Assembly: GCF_006345805.1 (NCBI RefSeq)
Contig: NC_042998.1
Span: 193,006,001-193,070,000, forward strand
DNA: 64,000 nt
From: Octopus sinensis
Lineage: Eukaryota
Direction of reading: 5' to 3'
In this document: piece by piece, positions 24,064 to 37,410 of the stretch
How the letters are laid out: every line of letters begins with the position of its first letter
How positions within the stretch are numbered: position 1 is the stretch's first letter
Notes under the pieces: generated by a model
Seen by the model: the letters and a program-made list of their open reading frames with translations, nothing else
What the model was told of the DNA's origin: nothing
Databases searched by the model: none
Position numbers and translations under genes: made by a program

Positions 24064-26909
24064 GAGAGAGAGTAATAGGGAGATAATCCTGATGCTTCAA
24101 ATCAAAGCTCTTCATTGAGAAGGGGGACATTTGCAGTATTTATCTGAGATGTTCTTATTTTCATCACAGTATACTAACTAAATAAAATATGGAAAGCCTT
24201 TATGATATTCGGCTTGGTCAGCTTTTGATTCTGAAGATATGAAATCTGTTGCCTTTCAGTGACCTTTGATGAGACAGACAACTTAGATAATATATTCTAA
24301 TTTCTGTTTCTCATCTAAACATGTCAAACTCACTGAATGTAAATTACTTGGCTCTTTACTAACTTTCATCTGTACATGGATATTATCTTTCTTTCTTTTA
24401 CTATTATTTAGAACAAGAAAAATCAACACAGCCGAGGTTTTTTCTTGTTTGTGAACATTTTATGTTAGCTAAAATAATTTTCAGTCTGCAAATGCTTAAG
24501 TTCTTTCAATGGGGCCTTTAATTTCAGGAGTTATTTATTGTTATTCTGAAGTGTATTTATTACATTGATTTTAAATCTCACATAAAAATTAAGAAAAGCA
24601 TTTTGTTTTCTTTCTAATTATTTTACTTAATTTCAGCAGTTTGTTATATCTTGTCTTTCATAGTGAAGAAACATATCAAATTATATTTAATTGATACATT
24701 TCTGTTAAACTTCATTTTTATACATAAACTGGAGTATTTCATTTGATTGTATCATTCACAAATTTATTCATCTTTAATTTCCAAGAGGCAGTGTCTATTT
24801 AGTTTTAAATCATATAAAAAAAAAATCCAAAAGGAATTTTCTAATGGCAAAATCATAAATGTTATTTTAATTTATAACTTTTGAAGTTTGGAAAATTATT
24901 CCAACTATACTGTGATCTTATTTGTATGATGATTCTATTTACTAATCTGATAATCTAGAACAAAAATTGCTCTTTTGAATTTTGTCATATTTTTCATCTA
25001 TCCAAATTGTATTTCTGATAAATATTATGGAGAAATAATTGCTAATGAGGATACACAGAAGTTAATAAATCAGAATAAATTAAAAAGCACTGGTAGAATC
25101 TTTGTTGCTATTGCAATAGTACTTCTTTAAAATCAGATGTTGATGTGATTTGAAATATTGAAAAAAAAAATCTTGTAAATTCGAATTCATAAATTGTTTA
25201 TCCAACTCCTAATTAAACATGCTAAATTCAACATCAAAATAAACAGTAAGAAATATTTGGTGTTCTAATTAATTAGCAACAGAAGATATGCCAAAAAAGA
25301 TATCTGTTAAAATTAGCTGTGTATGGAGATTATGATGCTATCTTTGAGAAAAATTATACCTTTAAAAGTTATTATTATTATAATTATTATTATTATTTGT
25401 GTTAAGTTTAATTTTCTGCAGATATTGAAACAAAAATATTTCACAATATCTCTGTTTTCTTTTCTCTTTTTCCAATAATTTCCTCTAAATACATTACAAA
25501 TGATAATATACACTCCCGCAAAAATATTAACAGTTCTTGAAACAGTTTAAGTTATGCTTTTTGTGATGATGATGATGATGATCTAATTATAATTTTTGTT
25601 TGTTTTTTTTTCTTTTGTCTTTATCATCTTTTAATAAAATGACTATTTTTACTGTTATTTATTATTCTCTAGTTATTCAGTTTATATTTACATAGTATCT
25701 GTCTAATATTTCAAGTCTTTTTCCATATTCGCAAGATAACTACAAAACAAAAAATAAATGCAAAGACCTTAACAATGTTTTATTGGTTCATTGATTTGTT
25801 GTTATTTTTAAAAAATCTAATTATACTATTGATTTCTCTTTTTTGGGAAATCTTATTAATTTGTAGCAATTAACATTCATTTCAAATTTGACCAATGATT
25901 CATTTCCTTGTTGAATGAAAAGAATGGGTCTTGATTAGACTTTTGAATAGGATGTCCAGGGTAAGGGGAGGACTTAAGATTTCGAGGTCATTATCCATAT
26001 ACATGTCATAATAATACACTTGTGTTCCATCTTCCATATCTTTCCTTTACCCCACTTTTTCTCTCTTTGTTCTTTCTACTCAAGACAAACCAAAAGAAAT
26101 CCACTTTAGTTTAAATAGTCTCTTTATGCTCTCAACTAATATCTTTGAAATAGTTTCCTTATCTTGCCATACCACTATATAGAGGTTTAAAACAAATTCC
26201 CTGATTTTTCTATTTCCTTGTTATTTTTTTTTCCTTATTTTACCCAATTTTTCTTTAGGTTTTCTTCATGGCTTTCTCAATAAGGAACATCCAATATTTT
26301 TGTTGTAAAGAAGTATCACTTTTTACAAGAAATTTGTTAATCATTAATATAATAAGAAGCACAGCTTATCATTATTTTGTCACTACATGCTAAACTTAAT
26401 AGAGATTCTTATATTATAAAGAGAACTGTAAATATTAAAGTTTCTTAACTGCATTAAAAAAAAATTTCTTTACATAAACCTAAATACATTGCTTATTAAT
26501 ATGGAGTTTCATATATATTTTTTCTGATGTTCATGTTTGGTTGCATTCGTGTGTGTGTGTGTGTGTATATGTTAATATGTTTTTGCTACAAGTCTTCATT
26601 ATGTAATGTGAAATTATTGTAATGTCAATTTTGAATACATATATATTTTTTTTGTTAACTTAAACTTGATATTTTGCAGCCAAATGGTGCTTAATAATGA
26701 AGTTGGACTTCTATAAGATTAGGCTTAATATTATAGGAACTTGCTATAGCCAACCCTGTACACTGCCAGTAACAGCCCATGCAATTTCAAATACCAGGTG
26801 TTTTATGTGTGTGTGTGTGTGTGGTGTGTGTGTGTGTATGCATATGCAGCTAGCACATATTGCTGTGTATAAATAATTTTGTACTAACTGTTTTTCTATT
26901 TGTTAAACT

Positions 26910-27400
26910 ATGTATATATATCTGTATATATATATATATATATACATACATATATACATATATACATATACATATATATATATATATAGATTATATATAT
27001 AGGATACATATATATATATATATATAGATACATATATATATATATAGGATACATATATTATATATAGGATACATATATATATATATATATATATATAGAT
27101 ACATATATACATACATATATATATACATACATATATATAGATACATATATACATACATATATATATATACATATATATATATAGATACTATATACATACA
27201 TATAGATACATATATATATATATATATATATAATATATATACATAGATACATCAATTATATAATATATATACATATATACATACATATATATATATATAT
27301 AGACATATATACATACATATATATATAATATATATATATATAGATACATATATACATACATATATATATACATATATATATATAGTACATATATGCATAC

Positions 27401-27433
<33 letters not shown>

Positions 27434-27831
27434 GATACATATATGCATACATATATATATACATATATATATATATATGATACATATATACATACATATA
27501 TATACATATAGATACATATATACATACATATATATATACATATATATATATATATAGATACATATATACATACATATATATACATATAATATAGATACAT
27601 ATATACATACATATATATATACATATATATATAGATACATATATACATACATATATATATACATATATATATAGATACATATATACATACATATATATAT
27701 ACATATATATATAGATACATATATACATACATATATATATACATATATATATAGATACATATATACATACATATATATATACATATATATATAGATACAT
27801 ATATACATATATATATACATATATATATATA
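26910..27831. repeat. (TA)n/(TACA)n compound satellite including a 40-bp higher-order unit
   Basis: atagatacatatatacatacatatatatatacatatatat repeated exactly at about 27591-27800. Confidence 0.95.
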
Positions 27832-28318
27832 TGGCCTCGACTATTGGGGTCGGCTAGAAAAGCTAAAACTCTATTCTCTCCAACGTCGTCGTGAGCGCTA
27901 CATCATCTGCATGATGTGGAAAATATTCCATCAGCATTGCCCAAATGATGTTGGCATCACCTTTAAGGTACATCCAAGGCTTGGGCCCCGTGCCATCCGC
28001 CCAAAACAAAAATCGCACTCTCATCTCATAACAACAATACGGCACAATTATTTCACCTCAATTGGCCCCGCTCTCTTTAACATTACACCAAAACACATTA
28101 AAACAGAAACTGACCCTATAGGGTTCAAGAAGTCTTTGGACAGATTCCTTCAAGAAATCCCGGATAAACCCCCTACCACCCGGATATGTCTCTGTAAACA
28201 ATAACTCTCTACTTGAGTGGGCCATAGTGCCCAAATTCTGACTTGAAAGACTTCACCAGGTGGTGCTATTAAGTTAGACATGGCCTGGGCCAATAATGGC
28301 CGAAACCTATCAAAGTAT
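27832..28318 (+). mobile_element. CR1/L2-group LINE 3' end (ORF2 C-terminus and 3' UTR), 5'-truncated
   Basis: Open frame [29 protein letters not shown]...GPALFNITPK...FKKSLDRFLQEIPDKP, typical of the CR1-group ORF2 tail; inserted in the TA satellite. Confidence 0.85.
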
Positions 28319-28326
28319 ATAGATAC

Positions 28327-28357
<31 letters not shown>

Positions 28358-28662
28358 GATACATATTATAATATACTATAATATATATTAAATATATACA
28401 TTATATATACATATATATATATATATTATTACATACATAATATATATATATTACATACATATATATATATATATACATACATATATATATATATATATAT
28501 TATATACATACATACATATATACATATACATATATATATATACATACATATATGTAATATATTATATATACATACATAAATGTATATATATATACATACA
28601 TAAATGAAGACTCTGGGTGGTTAACTGTTTATATACACATACACACACACAGACACGCACAG

Positions 28663-28702
<40 letters not shown>

Positions 28703-29180
28703 TAACAGTTAGCTACATGGGTCTTCACATATTTCTCCCAAGTTATGCTACTAACAAATATTTGGTACACCATCTTCAATAACCAGCCTGCTTAAATAAT
28801 GCCAACTAATTCTGAGAGGAATCTGTAAAACCGTTACTGATTAGTTATCGATTTGTTAAAATTTGATATTTTATTGTTGACTGTTCATCTTGGCCTTTAC
28901 TACCACATCAGGCTATTTTATTCCCTGTTGGTGAACTGAACTCTGAAAAATGTGATATGTCCAGGTGTTTCTCTGTCAGTGAGCTTAAACTACTTTGGAA
29001 AAATGGAAAATATGTGTTAAAGAATATTTCAAGACCTGTTTATTACTACAACAATTTTACATTTATACTTCATGATCTTGATATAACTTAAGCAAAACCT
29101 ATTGTTACATTTCTTTAATCCACTGTTTTTTACGTTTTTATGATCTTTTTCCCCGCTCTCCCTCTTCCTCATCAGATTTG

Positions 29181-29598
29181 CTCTTTTACTCTTTTACTCT
29201 TTTACTTGTTTCAGTCATTTGACTGCAGCCATGCTGGAGCACCGCCTTTCAGTCGAGCAAATCGACCCCGGGACTTATTCTTTTTGTAAGCCCAGTACTT
29301 ATTCTATCGGTCTCTTTTTGCCGAACCGCTAAGTGACGGGGACGTAAACACACCAGCATCAGTTGTCAAACAATGCTAGGGGGACAAACACAAACACACA
29401 CACACCACACACACACACACACATATACATATACACGACAGGCTTCTTTCAGTTTCCGTCTACCAAATCCACTCACAAGGCATTGGTCGGCCCAGGGCTA
29501 TAGCAGAAGACACTTACCCAAGATGCCACGCAGTGGGACTGAACCCGGAACCATGTGGCTGGTAAACAAGCTACTTACCACCCAGCCACTCCTGCACC
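29181..29598 (-). mobile_element. SINE family A, full length
   Basis: Reverse complement of 23674-24063. Confidence 0.9.
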
Positions 29599-30066
29599 TA
29601 TTTAATTATTTATCTATAAGCTGGTTTCGAATTTGTCTTTTGTTTTGTTTTCTCCCATTCCTCTTCATACTATTCATTAGCTCCCCCCCACACACACATA
29701 CACACACACACCAATTACTGATCTTTAGAATACATTTAATGTGTATGTTTCAAGTGGTTACATATCAACTTGTTATGTCTACTCCAAGTGAAATACATTG
29801 CTTGTAAATGAAATGACTGATGAGGATGCTATCAACATAACAAGTTGTTACATAACCACTTGAAACAGTTGTATTAATGAATTTGAAATATATCAATAAT
29901 TGCTTTCGTGATAATTCTAATGATATATGTCCCATGCTAACAAGAATCTAGCCTGTCCTTGCTTTGATAATACTCTTCTAATGCAATGCAGGTACAGGAG
30001 TGGAATGTTACTCTGGACACACAGACAGAATTATCTGTTAAAGTGTACTGCATCAAGCCTACAAGA

Positions 30067-30102
<36 letters not shown>

Positions 30103-30200
30103 ATAATAACAAAGGGAAAAATTAATTAATTAATTAAGAAGTAATCAATAATTTCACCAAGTAGAATTCGGCATGAAAAAGGACCATTAAATTAAAGTAA

Positions 30201-30365
30201 TACTTTATAATAGGGTTCAGCAAAGATTTGCTTTACCACATACCGAAGTTTAGAAATAGCAGCCAAAGAATCTTAGCTATTTAAAATAGCTAAGGTTCTT
30301 TGGCTGCTATTTCTAAACTTCGGTATGTGGTAAAGCAAATCTTTGCTGATCCCTATTATAAAGTA
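30201..30365. repeat. Near-perfect hairpin with about 80-bp arms (second copy at about 31496-31660)
   Basis: tactttataatagggttcagcaaagatttgctttaccacataccgaag ... cttcggtatgtggtaaagcaaatctttgctgatccctattataaagta, almost no loop. Confidence 0.95.
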
Positions 30366-30950
30366 TATATATATATGCACATATACACACATATACACAA
30401 ACATACACTCACACGCACATATATTTATATGCAATCAGATATTTTATTTGCGTATTCACCTTACAGGTGAGCTAATTTGTTTTGGTTCACTCTTAGAACT
30501 TCATCAGAAGGAGGACACAGTGTTCTACACCTGATAGATTTTTTTTTTACAACAGACGAGACCATCTGTAAGGTAAATTTCAAATAAAAAATATTGATGC
30601 TCTTTTATACTCTACATCTTATCAAGTATTGAGTGCAGTGCACTATTAAATTGTGGTCTTCTTAGTTTTGTAACCAAGAATATCATACACGCACACACAC
30701 ATGTATATATACACACATACATACACATATATATATATACACACATACATATATACACACATACATACATACATACATATATATACACACATACAAACAT
30801 ACATATATATACACACATACATATATATATATATACACATACATACATAAATATATATACACACATACATACATATATATACACACATACATACATATAT
30901 ATACACACATACATACATATTTGTACACACACATACATACATACACACAC

Positions 30951-30996
<46 letters not shown>

Positions 30997-31145
30997 GTAT
31001 GTATATACAAATTTGTTACCAGTTCAAGTATGCTTGAGGCATATTCAAATCCATAAGAAAGCCATTCATTATATTTTGTAATGGAGAAAACTTTTCACTG
31101 GAGACAAATAGGTGTAAATACACCAAGTATATATATATATATATG

Positions 31146-31372
31146 TACTGGAGTAAACACATAAATGTGAAACAAGGTGGAAAAAAAGAGTACTCAAATA
31201 CCAGTGGTAGAGTTATATGCTTTATTTAAAGCAGCAGAAAATTCAACAAAATCTTTTACTCGGAGTTTCTCGTTGCCGTTCATCAGACAGTTTTTGCTAG
31301 CTGTCTGATGAACGGCAACGAGAAACTCAGAGTAACAGATTTTGTTGAATTTTCTGCTGCTTTAAATAAAGT
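31146..31372. mobile_element. Fold-back PLE-like remnant with two mirrored hammerheads (second copy at about 32440-32665)
   Basis: Arms 31221-31290 and 31301-31371, 10-nt loop, flanked by (TA)n. Confidence 0.75.
31301..31338 (+). ncRNA. Minimal type-I hammerhead motif
   Basis: CUGU-CUGAUGA-A-CG-GCAA-CG-A-GAAA-CUC-A-GAG-U-A-ACAG: intact core, GUA triplet, palindromic helix III, weak helix II; mirror at 31253-31290 (-). Confidence 0.7.
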
Positions 31373-32218
31373 ATATATATTATATATATATATATCAATA
31401 ATAACAAAGGGAAAAATTAATTAATTAATTAAGAAGTAATCAATAATTTCACCAAGTAGAATTCGGCATGAAAAAGGACCATTAAATTAAAGTAATACTT
31501 TATAATAGGGTTCAGCAAGATTTGCTTTACCACATACCGAAGTTTAGAAATAGCAGCCAAAGAATCTTAGCTATTTAAAATAGCTAAGGTTCTTTGGCTG
31601 CTATTTCTAAACTTCGGTATGTGGTAAAGCAAATCTTTGCTGATCCCTATTATAAAGTATATATATATGCACATATACACACATATACACAAACATACAC
31701 TCACACGCACATATATTTATATGCAATCAGATATTTTATTTGCGTATTCACCTTACAGGTGAGCTAATTTGTTTTGGTTCACTCTTAGAACTTCATCAGA
31801 AGGAGGACACAGTGTTCTACACCTGATAGATTTTTTTTTTACAACAGACGAGACCATCTGTAAGGTAAATTTCAAATAAAAAATATTGATGCTCTTTTAT
31901 ACTCTACATCTTATCAAGTATTGAGTGCAGTGCACTATTAATTGTGGTCTTCTTAGTTTTGTAACCAAGAATATCATACACGCACACACACATGTATATA
32001 TACACACATACATACACATATATATATATACACATACATACATACATACACACACACATACATACATATATATATACACACATACAAACATACATATATA
32101 TACACACATACATATATATATATATACACATACATACATAATATATATACACACATACATACATATATATACACACATACATACATATATATACACACAT
32201 ACATACATATTTGTACAC

Positions 32219-32290
<72 letters not shown>

Positions 32291-32594
32291 GTATGTATAT
32301 ACAAATTTGTTACCAGTTCAAGTATGCTTGAGGCATATTCAAATCCATAAGAAAGCCATTCATTATATTTTGTAATGGAGAAAACTTTTCACTGGAGACA
32401 AATAGGTGTAAATACACCAAGTATATATATATATATATGTACTGGAGTAAACACATAAATGTGAAACAAGGTGGAAAAAAAGAGTACTCAAATACCAGTG
32501 GTAGAGTTATATGCTTTATTTAAAGCAGCAGAAAATTCAACAAAATCTTTTACTCGGAGTTTCTCGTTGCCGTTCATCAGACAGTTTTTGCTAG

Positions 32595-32632
32595 CTGTCT
32601 GATGAACGGCAACGAGAAACTCAGAGTAACAG
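32595..32632 (+). ncRNA. Minimal hammerhead motif (duplicate of 31301-31338)
   Basis: Identical sequence inside the tandem duplication. Confidence 0.65.
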
Positions 32633-34088
32633 ATTTTGTTGAATTTTCTGCTGCTTTAAATAAAGTATATATATATATATATGTATTTAAGCTTCACTGT
32701 TGCATAAATTATCAGAATATACAAATGCATATAAAATATATACATATCACTCCCCAGCTATACATCTATCAATGCCCTCCGTTCTTTTTACTGAATCAGT
32801 TTCATTGACCCTTCCTGTTAGGCTTACTTCTCTCACTTTATTCTGTTCTCTTTTCTATCAGACCAAACTCTGTTCTTTTAATGTTTTGATTCTCTTCTAC
32901 AACTTGTTAGCTTTGAGCATTCCTCAGCCCTTCCCCCACACTCTACCACCCTTGTATTCATTCAGTTTTTTGTTTCTCCTTTACAATTAAACATTCAATT
33001 TTCTATTTGTTTTATTTAACTCCTTTATATATTATATAATAATAAACCTTATTTATTTGTTCCATATACTTTACTACAGAACTATTTTCAATTAGTTCCA
33101 ACATAGGAGCCACTCAATTATACTTTTTGTGTAATCCTAGAAATAGCCATTATGATAACCATTTGCTAATATTTTAATATTTTATTTCAACTAAAATATT
33201 CACACCCACATATATATACATAGACACTACTTGTTATAAATACCAGGTGATACCCATATCATCACTGTTGTTATTGTTTTGTTATTATTAGCATAATTCT
33301 TGTACATGATTGTAGCAATATTCGTTTGATGACAGTAGTTGAATTTGATCTTAAAACTGTTTCTTTCATACTTGTCATTTGAAATTGCTTTCTTATATAA
33401 ATTATGACTTCCTTTGATCACAGTCCAAGTCTCTATGTCTTCAAAATATTAAGCTTGAGCTCAAATCTCTCTGAAACAAGCCTACAAAATCTGGAAACAT
33501 ACATTAAACAATTTATTTTGTATGTATGTATGTATGTATGTACCATTATCATTATTATTATTATGATTATTATTATTATTATTACTATTATTATTACTTG
33601 TTTGCACTCCCAAAGACAAACCAACAGATTTTATGAAACCATTGTTGCTCTTTTTTATTCTATGTCCAATCCAACACTTTTTTTGATAATATTAAAAAGT
33701 GTATTTATCTACATTCTTTGTTTTTGTGTTGTTTCATATGTATATGAATGGCTGAATGACAGAATTGTTAGAGTATCAGATAAGATACCATGTGTATTTG
33801 GTTACCATGTGTATTTGGTTACCATGTGTTTTTTTCATTTTAATTTAAAACCTTGTTCACTTTCACTTTCACACTTCCAAAGCTGATAAAATAATTATAG
33901 AAGTTAATCTAATCAACCGAGAAGGTGATGCCTCAAAGAGGAAATATTGCATATTTATGTATTTGCTTTAATTTCAAGGAATGTGATTATTAAAGTTAAT
34001 TTAAGGTTCTTCTGTTACTAAATTTAACACATGTGTTGCTACCCCAGCATGGCCACAATCCTTTGAAACAACTAGATATATATGATGT

Positions 34089-34179
<91 letters not shown>

Positions 34180-34180
34180 T

Positions 34181-34718
34181 ATAAGAATTTTTTCGTAATG
34201 AGATAAAAAAACCAAGGCTGTGTAGATATTAGAACATTTATAGATAGAAGGTCCTACAGCTGTTTCTAGGATATTTATTAATTATATCCCTTCATCGGAG
34301 ATGGTGTGAGAGGATGGTTAAGTCATAGTTAGTTTAGATGTGATACAAAATAGAGAGTGAGGTGGAGGAAAGAAAATAGATGCAACATATGTAGGGATAT
34401 TGAAGTTGTAGATCCATTTTTTTGGCAGAATGGTATATATGTAAGATTCCAATACCTTATGAGTAAAGTCCAAAAGTCCAACAGTGTTTAAAATGGGTCC
34501 TTCCAAAAATAGAGCTTATACACAATGTTTCATAAGGCATTAGAATCTTTTATCACATCTAAACTAACTATGACTTAACCATCCTCTCACACCGTCTCCG
34601 ATGAAGGGATATAATTAATAAATATCCTGGAAACAGCTGTAAGACCTTCCATCTATAAATGCTCTAATATCTACACAGCCTTGTTTTTTTTTCTCATTAC
34701 ACAAAAAATTCTTATATA
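34181..34718. mobile_element. Fold-back PLE-like remnant, about 165-bp arms with about 200-bp spacer
   Basis: ataagaattttttcgtaatgag...gatgtgata (34181-34346) is the reverse complement of tatcacatc...aaaaattcttat (34550-34718); begins at (TA)n. Confidence 0.8.
34594..34645 (+). ncRNA. Hammerhead-like motif with CCGAUGA core variant
   Basis: GUCU-CCGAUGA-A-GGGAUAU..AUAUCCU-G-GAAA-CAGCUG-U-A-AGAC; palindromic helix III ACAGCUGU; mirror at 34251-34302 (-). Confidence 0.6.
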
Positions 34719-35546
34719 CACACACTGACATAGAACCAACATTGAACCCCTTATTCGCAAAATTACCTGGAAGTTAACTATGGTCTGTCTAAAGCACTTA
34801 TTCAGCATTACCTGACACCTTTGGGTCTCAATGACACCATTATCTCTTATAACTTATATATATATATAAAACATTGTCTATTGTCACTATATGCCCTGAG
34901 ATCTCTCTTAACAAGCCACTAGTATTTGTAATCTTAGCTACTTAGGTTAAGTATCTAATTTGGATGGTCAAAGTGGTGATGTACCTCTGGTGTAGTGGTT
35001 AACATAAAAATATTGTTTACAACACACATGGGGTTCAAACCCAGTAGTTTATGTAACTTTTCTCCATCTTGTGTGTGTGTGTGTGTGTGTGCACACGCAT
35101 ATGTGTAATATTAGGAGTGTTAATTTAATTAACGAACATTTACTGGTAAAAGGACTCAATATTGGCAGTTGATTCTAATTCATTATGAATACACAGGGTT
35201 GGCTAAAAATCACCTGACAATAAAACAAAGCTATTTAATTCCAAGATTAAAGCAGAAAATTATTTTATATGAGACTTTGCTAATAAATAGACAAATGTTA
35301 GGGGAAAAAAATAAACGGGGATTTTAACTCACAGCATTCAATTATTAGACATTCATATCTGGAATGAATAAATAAAATTGAATATTAAGTATTTATGGAA
35401 TTTCGATTTAATGTTGGGTCAACCCAGAATATGAATAATGAGAGTTGACTGTGATTTCAAGTTTTGCCTTTCAATATATGTGTATATGCATAATTTCTCA
35501 TCCTGTCTTTTCCTTCCCTGTTGTTTTTCAGTGTTTATGCCTGTTC

Positions 35547-36197
35547 GGAGGCGCAATGGCCCAGTGGTTAGGGCAGCGGACTCGCGGTCGTAGGATCGCG
35601 GTTTCGATTCCCAGACCGGGCGTTGTGAGTGTTTATTGAGCGAAAACACCTAAAAGCTCCACGAGGCTCCGGCAGGGGATGGTGGTGGTCCTTGCTGTAC
35701 TCTTTCACCACAACTTTCTCTCACTCTTACTTCCTGTTTCTTCTGTTGTACATGTATTTCAAAGGGCCGGCCTTGTCACTCTCTGTGTCACGCTGAATAT
35801 CCCCGAGAACTATGTTAAGGGTACACGTGTCTGTGGAGTGCTCAGCCACTTACACGTTAATTTCACGAGCAGGCTGTTCCGTTGATTCGGATCAACCGGA
35901 ACCCTCGTCGTCGTAACCGACGGAGTGCTTCTAGGCTCCGGCAGGGGATGGTGGTGATCCCTGCTGTACTCTTTCACCACAACTTTCTCTTACTTTTACT
36001 TCCTGTTTCTGTTGTACCTGTATTTCAAAGGGCCGGCCTTGTCACTCTCTGTGTCACGCTGAATATCCCCGAGAACTATGTTAAGGGTACACGTGTCTGT
36101 GGAGTGCTCAGCCACATACACGTTAATTTCACGAGCAGGCTGTTCCATTGATCGGATCAACCGGAACCCTCGTCGTCGGAACTAACGGAGTGCTTCC
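35547..36197 (+). mobile_element. SINE family C with tandem duplication of its about 270-bp body
   Basis: tRNA-like head 35547-35620; aggctccggcaggggatggtgg...cggagtgcttc occurs twice (about 35664 and 35933). Confidence 0.85.
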
Positions 36198-36590
36198 ATG
36201 CCTGTTCATGCAATACAGACAGTATGATTAGATTACTACTAGCACCGGGTCATAGTGCTAGTGCATGCATATACAGCTGCGTGCGTGTGCACATACACGC
36301 GAGTACTGTCCAAATCTCCGACCAATCACATACAGCTAGTTGGCATTCAATTGGAGTATCAAGTTTCGGGCATTTTGATTGCGTTTTGGATAAGAAATTC
36401 ACAAAAAAAGTCACTTCTATTGATTTTTTAATGGCTTTGCGGGGTGACTGGGGAAATGTAAAAATGTGCACGACAAGCCTTGGATGGTTTTGAATGACCA
36501 TAGAAAGTGCGAGCCCTCTAACTGAAAAAATGTGGATTTGTATAACGAACACGCACACACACATGCAGACATTTTGCCGTTTATATATAT

Positions 36591-36986
36591 ACTAGCAGTA
36601 TCGCCCGGCGTTGCTCGGGTTTGTAAGGGAAATAATTATATAAGCATTTTTAGAGATGTAAAGTATAATAGCCATCTCAATATGGCTAACCACAAAGGGG
36701 GACGGGTGTTACTGTAGCTTTTTACGTTCTGAGATTTAATAATAAATTTTAGAGAGTTACTTCCCTTATATATGTCAAAAATGGATTAAAAATGGGAAAA
36801 ATTGATGGTAAATTTTTTTTAAATCGTAGACTCATCGTAGACGCGCGCTAATACCCAGACGGTCTCGATATGAATCACGACTATAAGATACCCGGTTTTG
36901 GTTAAACTGCACCGCAAAATGTGGGAGTAGTTAGGAATCTAAATCGTAGGAGACAGACACACAACCTCACTTTTATATATAAAGAT
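36591..36986 (+). mobile_element. Helentron/DINE-1-like non-autonomous element
   Basis: actagcagtatcgcccggcgttgctcggg (terminal hairpin) ... agacagacacac ... cttttatatataaagat; inverted copy at 60776-61172. Confidence 0.65.
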
Positions 36987-37090
36987 TTCCTCTATTTACA
37001 TAATATTGAGGTCTCTTTCTTTCTTTTGTTATCTTACTGTTTTTACCAATATACATATATATATATATATATATATAAATATATATATAG

Positions 37091-37410
37091 TTACAGAGAT
37101 GTACTTGCATAGCAAGTGACTTGATCTGAGATCGTGTGCTGGAACGAAAACAGTTGCAGCGTTGAAGGTGTTTATAAGCCATTTAAGAAACACACAAAAA
37201 CCGTTAGATTCACTTCAACATTTAAATTTAATTTGTCAAAATATTTTCGTCGCTTTGAGACCGGGACCTGTTAGCACGATATTTTTGTCAGTGAACAGGT
37301 CGCGGTCTCAAAGCGACGAAAATATTTTGGCAAATTAAATTTAAATGTTGAAGTGAATGTAACGGTTTTTGTGTGTTTCTTAAATGGCTTACAAACACCT
37401 TCCACGCTGC
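37091..37410. mobile_element. Fold-back PLE-like remnant
   Basis: Arms about 37154-37272 and 37294-37411 are reverse complements; flanked by (TA)n. Confidence 0.8.
37284..37334 (+). ncRNA. Hammerhead motif with G3:C8 core covariation
   Basis: UUUGUCA-GUGAACA-G-GUCGC-ggucucaaa-GCGAC-GAAA-AUAU-U-U-UGGCAAA. Confidence 0.65.

Larger units (their letters stand above)
30101..32680. repeat. About 1295-bp head-to-tail duplication (30101-31395 and 31396-32680)
   Basis: caataataacaaaggg at 30101 and 31396; ctgctttaaataaag near 31370 and 32664; copies differ mainly by 1-nt and microsatellite indels. Confidence 0.95.

Noticed and set aside
29160-29180. CUGAUGAG on the minus strand (also CUGANGA at about 29818, 55483, 60729)
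   Set aside because: No helix II plus GAAA plus helix I arrangement; chance 7-mers.
35547-35620. tRNA-like sequences here and at 22302, 23674, 47571, 52085
   Set aside because: They have A/B boxes but no complete cloverleaf and continue into SINE bodies; they are SINE heads, not tRNA genes.
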